Position numbers and translations under genes: made by a program | Part shown: positions 10,203 through 17,858 of the stretch, in pieces | Numbering within the stretch: the first letter of the stretch is position 1 | Layout: every line of letters begins with the position of its first letter | The notes under the pieces: generated by a model | What the model was told of the DNA's origin: nothing | What the model saw: only the letters and a program-made list of their open reading frames with translations | Databases searched by the model: none | Assembly (NCBI GenBank): GCA_026415775.1 | Contig: JAOAGL010000001.1 | Coordinates: forward strand, 72,282-109,056 | DNA: 36,775 bases | Source: Patescibacteria group bacterium | Lineage (GTDB): Bacteria; Patescibacteriota; Minisyncoccia; UBA6257; JAAZHW01 | Reading direction: 5' to 3'

Positions 10203-10591
10203 TTTGATTCAAAACAACGCAAAATAATTTCCCGACTCCGTGGTCCTTCAAATTCAATTAAAACAACTCTCTGCCATATTCCCAATAATAAATGTCCATT
10301 TTCAATTGGTAAAATTAAAGATGTGCCAATTAATGATGATAAAATATGCGCAGGCATATGCGCCGGATTATGCGGATGACGAAAATTGATTTTAGGAATA
10401 ATCTTTTCAAACGCTTCTAAATAATCAATATCGGTTCCACCCGGATCTAAATCAGCAGTGGTTAAAGCTGCTGTTGTGTGAAGTAGAAATAGATGACAAA
10501 TACCTTTCTGAATATTTAATCCTTTAATTTCCTGATTAATTAAATCAGTAATATCAACCACTTCTCTTTTAGTCTGTGTTTTTATAATCAT
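10199..10591 (-). CDS. yjbQ: YjbQ/UPF0047 family protein (secondary thiamine-phosphate synthase-like)
   Basis: HTTAALTTADLDPG and HMPAHILSSLIG motifs. The stop overlaps the downstream ATG (ATGA). Confidence 0.8.
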   Translation of the reverse strand: MIIKTQTKREVVDITDLINQEIKGLNIQKGICHLFLLHTTAALTTADLDPGGTDIDYLEAFEKIIPKINFRHPHNPAHMPAHILSSLIGTSLILPIENGHLLLGIWQRVVLIEFEGPRSREIILRCFESK

Positions 10592-10623
10592 CTTTTCATT
10601 TTACTCTATTTTTGCTAAAAACT

Positions 10624-11586
10624 CTATTTATCCCATTGAAAACCTCGACCAAAATGACCCCACGACGCTGTTTTTAAAAAAATCGGATTTCTTAAATTTA
10701 AAAATTTAATAATGCCTTGCGGCGTTAAATCATATCCTTTAATTTCATCACTTACTCCATCAACAATCACTTCCTTCATTAATGGTTTTTCCTCGCCAAT
10801 CGCATAAGCTAAACGTACAAAAACCTCTTTTGCTTTATATTTCCTTAAATAATCAACAGCAATTTTCCGCGCCATATAAGCAGCGCTGCGATCAACTTTG
10901 GTTCCATCTTTGCCGCTAAAAGAACCTCCTCCAACTGGTACATTTGGACCATACGAATCAATAACTAATTTGCGACCAGTCAAACCACTATCAGCATCAA
11001 AACCACCCGTTTGCCAATCGCCAGCTGGATTAATATAATACTTTTCTGCTTTAATTAATTTTCTTACTAATTTTTCTAATGTTTCACGTGAAACATTTTG
11101 AAAACTTGCTACAACTGATAAAACTTTTTTACCATAAATAGTCACTTGTGTTTTTCCATCATATGGAAACCTTTCGTAAATTTTTTGACAAAGATAACGC
11201 GATAATTCATATTCTAAAGGCATTAAACTTTTTGTGTCACTAGTTGCATAACCATTCATAATCCCTTGATCGCCAGCACCGCCTTTTTCTACGCCTCGAG
11301 CAATTTCCAAACTCTGCTCTACTAATCGTATTTCTAATTTAAATTTCAGACCAACAAATTTTTGAATAATTTTTCTTATTTCTTTTTCACCTAATTTTAT
11401 TCGACTTTTTACTTCACCAATCACAGCCACTAAATTATGACCAGCTAAAATTTCAATGGCTGTGCGCGCAAAGGGATCTTTTTTTAAATAAGCATCAAGC
11501 AAAGCATCAGCCATTTGATCGCATAATTTATCAGGGTGTTTTGGTGAAACAAATTCAGCGGTTTTAATTAATTTTTCTTTTTTCAT
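10624..11586 (-). CDS. metK: S-adenosylmethionine synthetase, compact 320-aa form
   Basis: HPDKLCDQ, GAGDQGIM, GLTGRKLVID and GGGSFSGKDGTKVDRSAAY motifs; loops are shorter than in ~385-aa MetK. Confidence 0.9.
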   Translation of the reverse strand: MKKEKLIKTAEFVSPKHPDKLCDQMADALLDAYLKKDPFARTAIEILAGHNLVAVIGEVKSRIKLGEKEIRKIIQKFVGLKFKLEIRLVEQSLEIARGVEKGGAGDQGIMNGYATSDTKSLMPLEYELSRYLCQKIYERFPYDGKTQVTIYGKKVLSVVASFQNVSRETLEKLVRKLIKAEKYYINPAGDWQTGGFDADSGLTGRKLVIDSYGPNVPVGGGSFSGKDGTKVDRSAAYMARKIAVDYLRKYKAKEVFVRLAYAIGEEKPLMKEVIVDGVSDEIKGYDLTPQGIIKFLNLRNPIFLKTASWGHFGRGFQWDK

Positions 11587-11610
11587 ATTTTTTAATTTAA
11601 TTTTTTATAA

Positions 11611-11643
11611 TTAAAAAACTCTTCCTAAAAAGAAGAGTTTTTC
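11611..11643 (-). terminator. intrinsic terminator forming the expression platform of the SAM riboswitch
   Basis: The minus strand reads AAAAACTCTTC-tttttag-GAAGAGTTTTTTaa, between the aptamer and the metK start. Confidence 0.7.
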
Positions 11644-11644
11644 G

Positions 11645-11758
11645 ACCAGTTATCTCTCCCTTTTAGGGTCTGGATTTGGCACCTTCTTTAAGGAGTCACC
11701 TTAAAGGGTTGCCGACGGATCATTGGGCCAGTTCCCTCCCCGCACTCGCGATAACTTT
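11645..11758 (-). promoter_or_regulatory. SAM-I (S-box) riboswitch aptamer
   Basis: The minus strand reads GTTATCGCGAGTGCGGGGAGGGAACTGGCCCAATGATCCGTCGGCAACC...AAGGTGCCAAATCCAGACC...GGGAGAGATAAC. This matches the conserved S-box cores (GAGGGA-UGGCCC-AUGA, GCAACC, GGUGCCAA-UCC, AGAUAA P1 closure) directly upstream of metK. Confidence 0.85.
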
Positions 11759-11770
11759 TTATTCAATTTT

Positions 11771-12094
11771 TTATTTTACTAAATTACGTGTATCTAACAA
11801 CATCTTTTTTTCTTCAGCAATTATTTCTGATAAAATTTCGTTATAATTTGGTACTTTTTCATCTAAAAATTTCTGAAAACCATCAACATCCCCTTGTTTA
11901 ACAATTTCTTCTAATTTTTCAATTGACTCATCATCAATAATTTCTGACAATTTATTAATAAATCTTAAATATACAACATCAGCTAATTTGGCTAAAAGAG
12001 CCAAACGTGATTCCATTGGGATATCATCAAGATTAAGACCTTCAAAAATATCTTTTGATAAATATTCTTTAATTTCTTCTTTAGATATTGGCAT
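11771..12094 (-). CDS. small acidic hypothetical protein (DUF5663-like, CPR-typical)
   Basis: 107-aa helical acidic ORF (LNLDDIPMESRLALLAKLADVV...). The family assignment is from memory only. Confidence 0.45.
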   Translation of the reverse strand: MPISKEEIKEYLSKDIFEGLNLDDIPMESRLALLAKLADVVYLRFINKLSEIIDDESIEKLEEIVKQGDVDGFQKFLDEKVPNYNEILSEIIAEEKKMLLDTRNLVK

Positions 12095-12135
12095 TTTTAA
12101 AAACTTTTAAATTTTACTAAACGACCTTTTAAAAA

Positions 12136-13680
12136 TTAATTCTGGCCTAGACCTCGCAAAATAGATTTAATTACCCCTAATGGCACTTCTTTGCCTAATT
12201 TCTTGTATGCATTAATTAGATCTTCAGCGCCTCCAATTTTAACTTTTGGAGTAATAAGAGCTTGAAATTTAAAATCTTCAGGATTAAGTGTTAGTAATAC
12301 TTGTTGATCTGATTTTAATGGCAAAACCCAATGAGCTTGAGGCATTTTAAACACCTGGCCCGAGATAGGATCAATAACTTCTGCATTACTCCAAGCTCTA
12401 GCAAAAAATTCATCAGTCATTCCTAATTGTTGTTTAATGGTTTGAGCAGCAGCCCAAAAACCACCTTTTCCAACATAAATAGTCGGAAAAACATTTCTTT
12501 CTCCAATCATTTCAAAAATTCTAGTAGAAGGCTTGGGTAGCTTTTCTATTTTTGTGATTACTTGTTCAACTGGCTTAGATGGTGGTTCTGGTAAAAGAAC
12601 ATCATGACCAAATGCTCTTTTTGTAAGAGCATAAATATTATCAGCATTGGCAGCTACACCACCAATCAAAGCAGCAATTAATGTCCATTTTCGACGTTTT
12701 TTGTCATGCTGAGCTCTTATTTTATCACGCTCTGCCAAAACTTGATCTAATCGACTATCAAGCTCTTCAGCTATATTAATCCATTGCTCATATGATTGAG
12801 GGGTTTTTGCAGGATCATTAATTAAATCAGCAATCTCTTTACTAATTTTTTCTACATTTTTATTAGTTTCTTCAATTAAAACTTTGTTTTCTTTACGTTT
12901 AATTAATTTATCAGCCAAAGATTTAATAGATCCACCAACAACAACACCTCCAAAAAATCGACGAGCAAAAGCTGTTGCTCCAATTCCCAAAGCAGCAAAG
13001 CCAGCACCTCCAGCAGCACCAATTACCCCACCACCGACACCAGCAATCGCTGCGCCAATTAAAGCTTTTTTACCATAGGGCAATGCTTTGTATTTTTCCC
13101 ACAATTTACCAAAAAACTTGGCATTTTTTATATTTACAGAATTGATCATCGCTCGAATTTCTTCGGCTGTTCTTTCTTCTTCGGCTAAAGTATTAAAAGC
13201 TACTTCGCTGATTAATAATTTTTGAATATCATTTTTTTCTTTTTCAAAAATTATTTCTGCCTCCTTATCAATTTCTCTTTCAACTGCTTCTTGTAATTTT
13301 GCGGGAGTTATTGAAGGATATGCTTTTAATAAACGATTTTCAATGACACTGCGCTTTCTTTTAGCTATCTCATCTCGAATATATCTTTTCTTTCTATTTA
13401 GCACATCGTGATATTCGGAAACCTTGTATTCATCCAAGGCGCGACGATACATATTATAAGCATTTTTATACCACAACTCTGCTTCTTTTAGCTTGGCCTC
13501 TGCCTCTAAACGCGCATCTGGCTTTTTTTCTTTTTTTACCGATTTTTGCATTTCTAAATATTTTTTGTACTGCAACAAATATTCAGCTTTTGCCTCTGAT
13601 AAATTTTTTATTGATTCTCCTGTTGTTAAAATTTTATCAGATTCTTCTAATTTAAATTTTAATGTTTTTTTGGAAGCCAT
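12136..13680 (-). CDS. hypothetical coiled-coil membrane protein with glycine-zipper segments and a possible LysM-like C-terminal domain
   Basis: K/E-rich coiled-coil N-terminus; Gly-rich hydrophobic stretch ALIGAAIAGVGGGVIGAAGGAGFAALGIGATAF; second TM helix WTLIAALIGGVAA; C-terminal YVGKGGFWAAAQTIKQQLGMT...GQVFKMP resembles a degenerate LysM. Confidence 0.6.
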   Translation of the reverse strand: MASKKTLKFKLEESDKILTTGESIKNLSEAKAEYLLQYKKYLEMQKSVKKEKKPDARLEAEAKLKEAELWYKNAYNMYRRALDEYKVSEYHDVLNRKKRYIRDEIAKRKRSVIENRLLKAYPSITPAKLQEAVEREIDKEAEIIFEKEKNDIQKLLISEVAFNTLAEEERTAEEIRAMINSVNIKNAKFFGKLWEKYKALPYGKKALIGAAIAGVGGGVIGAAGGAGFAALGIGATAFARRFFGGVVVGGSIKSLADKLIKRKENKVLIEETNKNVEKISKEIADLINDPAKTPQSYEQWINIAEELDSRLDQVLAERDKIRAQHDKKRRKWTLIAALIGGVAANADNIYALTKRAFGHDVLLPEPPSKPVEQVITKIEKLPKPSTRIFEMIGERNVFPTIYVGKGGFWAAAQTIKQQLGMTDEFFARAWSNAEVIDPISGQVFKMPQAHWVLPLKSDQQVLLTLNPEDFKFQALITPKVKIGGAEDLINAYKKLGKEVPLGVIKSILRGLGQN

Positions 13681-13727
13681 TTTTGTTATATTTAAAAAGC
13701 ACCTAAGCGACTTTGAATTCTATAACA

Positions 13728-13756
13728 ATAGTAGAATAATTAATATAACCTGTCAA
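13728..13756 (-). promoter_or_regulatory. sigma70-like promoter for the 514-aa gene
   Basis: Minus strand: TTGACA, 17 nt, TACTAT. Confidence 0.5.
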
Positions 13757-13784
13757 GAAATGGCTTTAATCTGTAAATTATGAC

Positions 13785-14117
13785 TTAAAATCTGAATTTC
13801 TCAGCAAACTGTCCAATAATAGGCAAATGTTCTTTTTTGCCATTAATCACATTAACAATGCCTATAATGGACAAAATGAACCAAGCTAAGCTGCCGATAG
13901 TCCAAACAAGCCAACCAATAATTGGCACCCAACTAATCATTAACGTGGCTATCTGAGCAATAGCCAAAACTAAACCTTGTTTGGCATGAAACTTTACAAA
14001 TTCATCTTTCTTTTCAATTAAAAGCGGGATAAGAACCAATAAACCAATATAGCTCAAAATCGCCAAAGCATTTACTTTTGCCTTTTCTTCTTTTTTTTCT
14101 TCAATTTTTTGTTCCAT
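13785..14117 (-). CDS. DUF4870-family small membrane protein
   Basis: SYIGLLVLIPLL...FVKFHAKQGLVLAI signature. The start is moved to the internal ATG (MEQKIEE) because the tracked N-terminus overlaps the upstream nuclease gene. Confidence 0.7.
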   Translation of the reverse strand: MEQKIEEKKEEKAKVNALAILSYIGLLVLIPLLIEKKDEFVKFHAKQGLVLAIAQIATLMISWVPIIGWLVWTIGSLAWFILSIIGIVNVINGKKEHLPIIGQFAEKFRF

Positions 14118-14137
14118 AAATAAAATTTTAACGACCT

Positions 14138-14875
14138 TTATTCCTCTTCTTTTTTTCTTAATAAATAATAACTGCAATAATTACAATCGGGGTCTGGAGG
14201 CGGAATTTTATTCGCTTCAAGAGTTTTTTTGATATTCATCAATGCATCCTCAATCCAACTATCATTGCCTTCATAAGGCAAAACTGAAATATCAAATTCT
14301 AATTTACCATCAAAAGCTTCTCTATCAGTTTTGCCATTGCAATAAACAAAAAAACCAGTTTTAGAAACTTTAAAACCATTTTTTTTAAAAAGCCATTGAT
14401 AAATTTCCATTTGTCTTTTGTAAGAATCTTTCCACTCATCATCAAGCGTCACTTCATTGCTGGAGCTGGTGCTTTTAAAATCAACAATATAAAGTACTCC
14501 TTCCTCGTCTACCCACACATCATCAATGGCTCCATAAATCTCTAAATTTGTCGGCTTGTGATAATAACGAATACCAACACGATTATTTCGCCATTCACTA
14601 ATTCGCTCATCATTTAATGGTTTTAATTTTATCCCATAGCGTTCTAATAGTGGGTATTTTTCATTTTTTGCTCGATGAATATCAAATTCCTTTTTCAACA
14701 AAGTATCAACTGCTTGATTTAAACTAAAAGGAAAACCCGGCGGCCGTGAAATACCTAAGCGAACATCTAAATAAAAACAACGCGGACATTCAATAAATAA
14801 ATCAATTTTTGAACGACTTAAAACAAAAGGTTCTAAACCTTCTGGCTGATAAATATTTCTTTCTCTTTTGTGCAT
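14138..14875 (-). CDS. PD-(D/E)XK nuclease, Cas4/RecB-like with cysteine pairs
   Basis: GAIDD...IVDFKS (D...D-x-K), QMEIYQW (QxxxY), N-terminal CPRC and C-terminal CNYC. Confidence 0.7.
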   Translation of the reverse strand: MHKRERNIYQPEGLEPFVLSRSKIDLFIECPRCFYLDVRLGISRPPGFPFSLNQAVDTLLKKEFDIHRAKNEKYPLLERYGIKLKPLNDERISEWRNNRVGIRYYHKPTNLEIYGAIDDVWVDEEGVLYIVDFKSTSSSNEVTLDDEWKDSYKRQMEIYQWLFKKNGFKVSKTGFFVYCNGKTDREAFDGKLEFDISVLPYEGNDSWIEDALMNIKKTLEANKIPPPDPDCNYCSYYLLRKKEEE

Positions 14876-14881
14876 ACGGAG

Positions 14882-15421
14882 TTATTTTACCAAATTAATT
14901 CCATAGCTGCTACTTAAAGGATCTTGAAAAAGAAAAATCTTTGGGGGATAAAAAGTAAAAACAGCAAAACAAATTAAAAGTCCAACCAATAAAACGAGAC
15001 CTAAAATCGCATACCCTCTTTGCACTGGCCGCCAAAACATAATCCAATAACTTAAAAATTGACCCGAAATCACCGCAATAATAAAAGTAGAAATATCTAA
15101 CCACAAAATATTTTTGCCTAAAATCGCGGTATAACCATAAAAAATAACGATAATTAAAACAGGCATTAGAAAAATTCCTTTTACTTTAGCAAAAACAAAA
15201 TTAGGAATTTCGTATTTTAAAATTTTATCTTCAATTAAAAGCCAGAGGACCGCCGGAAACACTGCTAATTTTAAATGCTCCCAGACACTTTCGTTCACGG
15301 CCGAAAAAATACCAACTAACCAAAAACGATTAAACCATTCAAAAGTAAAATGCAGCAAACTACCCAAAATAATAATAAATCCTGCGCCAATCAACTCCAA
15401 TCTTAAAATTTTCTTTCTCAT
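14882..15421 (-). CDS. polytopic membrane protein (DUF6512-like)
   Basis: Five to six TM helices. The tracked start is TTG; I prefer the ATG at 15421 (MRKKILRLE), but the start is uncertain. Confidence 0.5.
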   Translation of the reverse strand: MRKKILRLELIGAGFIIILGSLLHFTFEWFNRFWLVGIFSAVNESVWEHLKLAVFPAVLWLLIEDKILKYEIPNFVFAKVKGIFLMPVLIIVIFYGYTAILGKNILWLDISTFIIAVISGQFLSYWIMFWRPVQRGYAILGLVLLVGLLICFAVFTFYPPKIFLFQDPLSSSYGINLVK

Positions 15422-15531
15422 TTCCGACATCACCACCATTATAACAAAAAATAACAGCAAATGCGATTTGGCTATCTAATATTAAATCAACCACTACCAC
15501 ATTATATCACAAAATGTTCTCAATCTATATT

Positions 15532-15720
15532 TTAATTTTTATCTTTTTTATTATGTTTTTTATTATCCTTATCTTTTCGTACTACTATCTTAATTTTCCC
15601 ATCATAATTCTCTTGGAGTTCAGATATAAAATCATCAAATGTTTGCTTTAGATACAAATTATAAAGAATGGCACCACCAATGCCACCTAAAATAAAACAT
15701 AGAAAAAATAACCAAAACAT
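15532..15720 (-). CDS. small single-pass membrane protein with basic tail
   Basis: Internal ATG (MFWLFFLCFILGGIGGAILY) followed by a K/D-rich tail. The tracked TTG start is unlikely. Confidence 0.4.
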   Translation of the reverse strand: MFWLFFLCFILGGIGGAILYNLYLKQTFDDFISELQENYDGKIKIVVRKDKDNKKHNKKDKN

Positions 15721-15819
15721 CTTTTTGGTTTTAAACGACCTTTGCCTCCTATATATACCGTTACAAGTGGAAAACTTGGCAATGCTTAACAAAAATCAGC
15801 CTTTATGACTGTAGATTTG

Positions 15820-16293
15820 CTAATTCAACATCCAAACCGCCAAATTAAGAATTGAAGCAAAAGTAACCCAGAGAATATAAGGAATCAAAAGAAAAGCGGC
15901 AAGCGGTTTTATTTTATAAAATTTAATAATGGTCAATAAAATCAAAATCCACAAAATAACAATTTCAAAAAAAGCAAAACCGAAGTTTTTCAAACCAAAA
16001 AATATTATTGACCACAAAGCGTTAAAAATAAGATGAATTAAATAAATTGAAAGCGCGGATTTGATATTTTTATTTTCTCTTTCTCGCCAAACTAAAAATG
16101 CCGCCACAGCCATCAAAAAATAAAAGAGGATCCAAGCTGGGCCAAACAACCAATTCGGCGGAGCGAAACTAGGCTTTTTTAAATACTGGTACCAGCTGAC
16201 TATATTTGGAGTGGTAAAATAAGAGCCAATGGAGGTAGTAAGAAAAACTAAAAGAAACGAAATGAAGAGTGGTAAAATGTATTTTTTAAACAT
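15820..16293 (-). CDS. tspO: TspO/MBR tryptophan-rich sensory protein
   Basis: Five TM helices; PPNWLFGPAWILFYFLMAVAAFLVW and W-rich pattern typical of TspO. Confidence 0.85.
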   Translation of the reverse strand: MFKKYILPLFISFLLVFLTTSIGSYFTTPNIVSWYQYLKKPSFAPPNWLFGPAWILFYFLMAVAAFLVWRERENKNIKSALSIYLIHLIFNALWSIIFFGLKNFGFAFFEIVILWILILLTIIKFYKIKPLAAFLLIPYILWVTFASILNLAVWMLN

Positions 16294-16330
16294 ATTATTT
16301 TTATTATAAATGATAGAAATAGAAATAAAA

Positions 16331-16353
16331 CTGTGGCGCCGAAGGCGCCGCAG
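16331..16353 (-). terminator. GC-rich hairpin terminator
   Basis: The minus strand reads CTGCGGCGCCttcgGGCGCCACAGtttt, after the 81-aa gene. Confidence 0.6.
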
Positions 16354-16368
16354 AAATCATTTATTATA

Positions 16369-16614
16369 TTAGTTTGAAGATGAAATTTCGTCGTTATTTT
16401 CTTTTAGCATCTTTTTACTTACAACAAAAAGATAAATAATTTCCAAAATGCCAACGGTATTAATAAAAAAGAGAATAATAAACCACCATTTTTGGCCCAA
16501 CCGAGCAGCACGCCACAAAGCCCAAAGTTTCCAAACAATACTCCAAGCTAAAAGAACGGCTAATAAAACAGGTGGGATGGCATATTGTTGAGCGATAATT
16601 TGAAAGTAATTCAT
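16369..16614 (-). CDS. DUF5652-like small membrane protein
   Basis: Two TM helices with WKLWALWRAARLGQKWWF. Confidence 0.6.
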   Translation of the reverse strand: MNYFQIIAQQYAIPPVLLAVLLAWSIVWKLWALWRAARLGQKWWFIILFFINTVGILEIIYLFVVSKKMLKENNDEISSSN

Positions 16615-16676
16615 AAAAAACTTTTTGATGCGACTAAAATAATTATAACATTTTTAAATTTTTTATAAAAAGAAAA

Positions 16677-16693
16677 GCGGCGCTATGCGCCGC
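16677..16693 (-). terminator. GC-rich hairpin terminator (GCGGCGC-N3-GCGCCGC)
   Basis: Starts 9 nt beyond the stop codon at 16702 and is followed by a T-run on the minus strand. Confidence 0.6.
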
Positions 16694-16701
16694 CTGATTT
16701 T

Positions 16702-17187
16702 TTAAATTAAAAACAAAAGGCGAGGAATCCTCTGAGAATCCACATCCAACTTAAAACATTCTCTGCTCATCCACTGCAACAGATCTCCTTTTTTTATTTG
16801 AAGTTCCTCAAATAAAAATTTTGCTCTAGTCAAAATGATTAATTCATTTAAACTTAATTCCCCTCTTACTTCTAAAAATTTCTTAATTCTCTCTTTTTCT
16901 TTTTCTTTTAATTGATACTCGGGGGTTTTCACAAAAGTAAAATAATACCCTTTACCATTAAATTTAATTTCAATATACCCTGCCGTCTCAGCAATCGCAA
17001 CATAATGATCAATCAAATCCGAAAAGAAAACTCCACTCGGTGACATCAGAAAACCCCATTTTTCTTTTTTGTCATATTGGTAAAGAAATATCAGCGCATT
17101 CAGCATTGTCCGACTAATCTTTTTCTGGGGAAATAGTTGTTCAAACGATCTAATCATTTCAACTAGAAGCGCAATTTGTTTTAACAT
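16702..17187 (-). CDS. hypothetical protein, paralog 1 of a YwgA/Panacea(DUF4065)-like pair
   Basis: Strong RBS TAAGGAGGTATTTA before the ATG. Shares ISRT..L.FL..WG...SG..S.LID...YI...GK..F.F...EL..I.L with the next gene. Function is unknown. Confidence 0.65.
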   Translation of the reverse strand: MLKQIALLVEMIRSFEQLFPQKKISRTMLNALIFLYQYDKKEKWGFLMSPSGVFFSDLIDHYVAIAETAGYIEIKFNGKGYYFTFVKTPEYQLKEKEKERIKKFLEVRGELSLNELIILTRAKFLFEELQIKKGDLLQWMSRECFKLDVDSQRIPRLLFLI

Positions 17188-17225
17188 TAAATACCTCCTT
17201 ATAAAAATTTTAAAAAACTAAAAAA

Positions 17226-17253
17226 ATTTTATTCACCAAAGAAAAGTTGTCAA
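17226..17253 (-). promoter_or_regulatory. sigma70-like promoter of paralog 1
   Basis: Minus strand: TTGACA, 16 nt, TAAAAT. Confidence 0.5.
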
Positions 17254-17293
17254 GGTTTTTTGGGAAAAATTTTATTAAAATGAAGAAAAGAAA

Positions 17294-17312
17294 AGCGGCG
17301 CTTCGCGCCGCT
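17294..17312 (-). terminator. GC-rich hairpin terminator (AGCGGCGC-ttc-GCGCCGCT)
   Basis: Overlaps the TAG stop of paralog 2. The stem is nearly identical to the hairpin at 16677. Confidence 0.6.
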
Positions 17313-17817
17313 AAATTACTACCTCAACAAGTTTTTTTATTTCCTCTCTTTCTAGAAAAGGGCGGGAATCACAAATCGCATCAATAATCATTTTCTTATC
17401 CTCCATTTGGTAATTATTCCGCATGTATACCGCAAGGGTAATAATGCCTAATTCATCCGCTTTAAACTGTTGAAATTTCTGTATGATCTGCGTTAATGCT
17501 TGTTTATCCTCCGCATTTAGAGAATCCGTAACATCTGTAGAAACCTCTCGAAAAATAAACCAACTATTTTTTCCCTCTCTTTTCACCGCGATGTATTCCC
17601 GTGCCTCCGCCCAGCTTAGAAATAAATCTATGAGTTCTGAATGGGGTCCTGACGAATTTTTCAAATGGTACCCCCATTCGTATCGCATCTGATCCGAGAA
17701 CAAGAAGAGTAACTTTTGAACTACAGTTCTACTCAGCCATTGACGGTGATATTCATTCTTCAACACCGCCAACAAATAACAAACTGCTGCCGTGCCTTTT
17801 TCCATAAGCTCACTCAT
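17311..17817 (-). CDS. hypothetical protein, paralog 2 of a YwgA/Panacea(DUF4065)-like pair
   Basis: RBS AAAGGAGGTTTAA before the ATG. LSRTVVQKLLFLFS...SSGPHSELIDLF...YIAVKREGKNSWFIF resembles the KLQKLLY...GP.s.eL core followed by a winged-helix-like segment. Confidence 0.65.
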   Translation of the reverse strand: MSELMEKGTAAVCYLLAVLKNEYHRQWLSRTVVQKLLFLFSDQMRYEWGYHLKNSSGPHSELIDLFLSWAEAREYIAVKREGKNSWFIFREVSTDVTDSLNAEDKQALTQIIQKFQQFKADELGIITLAVYMRNNYQMEDKKMIIDAICDSRPFLEREEIKKLVEVVI

Positions 17818-17858
17818 TTAAACCTCCTTTTAAATTTAAATTTTTAAAATTTTCTACC

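Noticed and set aside
12884-13783. Plus-strand ORFs 12884..13078 (Pro/Ala-rich) and 13493..13783
   Set aside because: These are antisense to the 514-aa gene. The P/A-rich translation is the complement of its Gly-rich codons.
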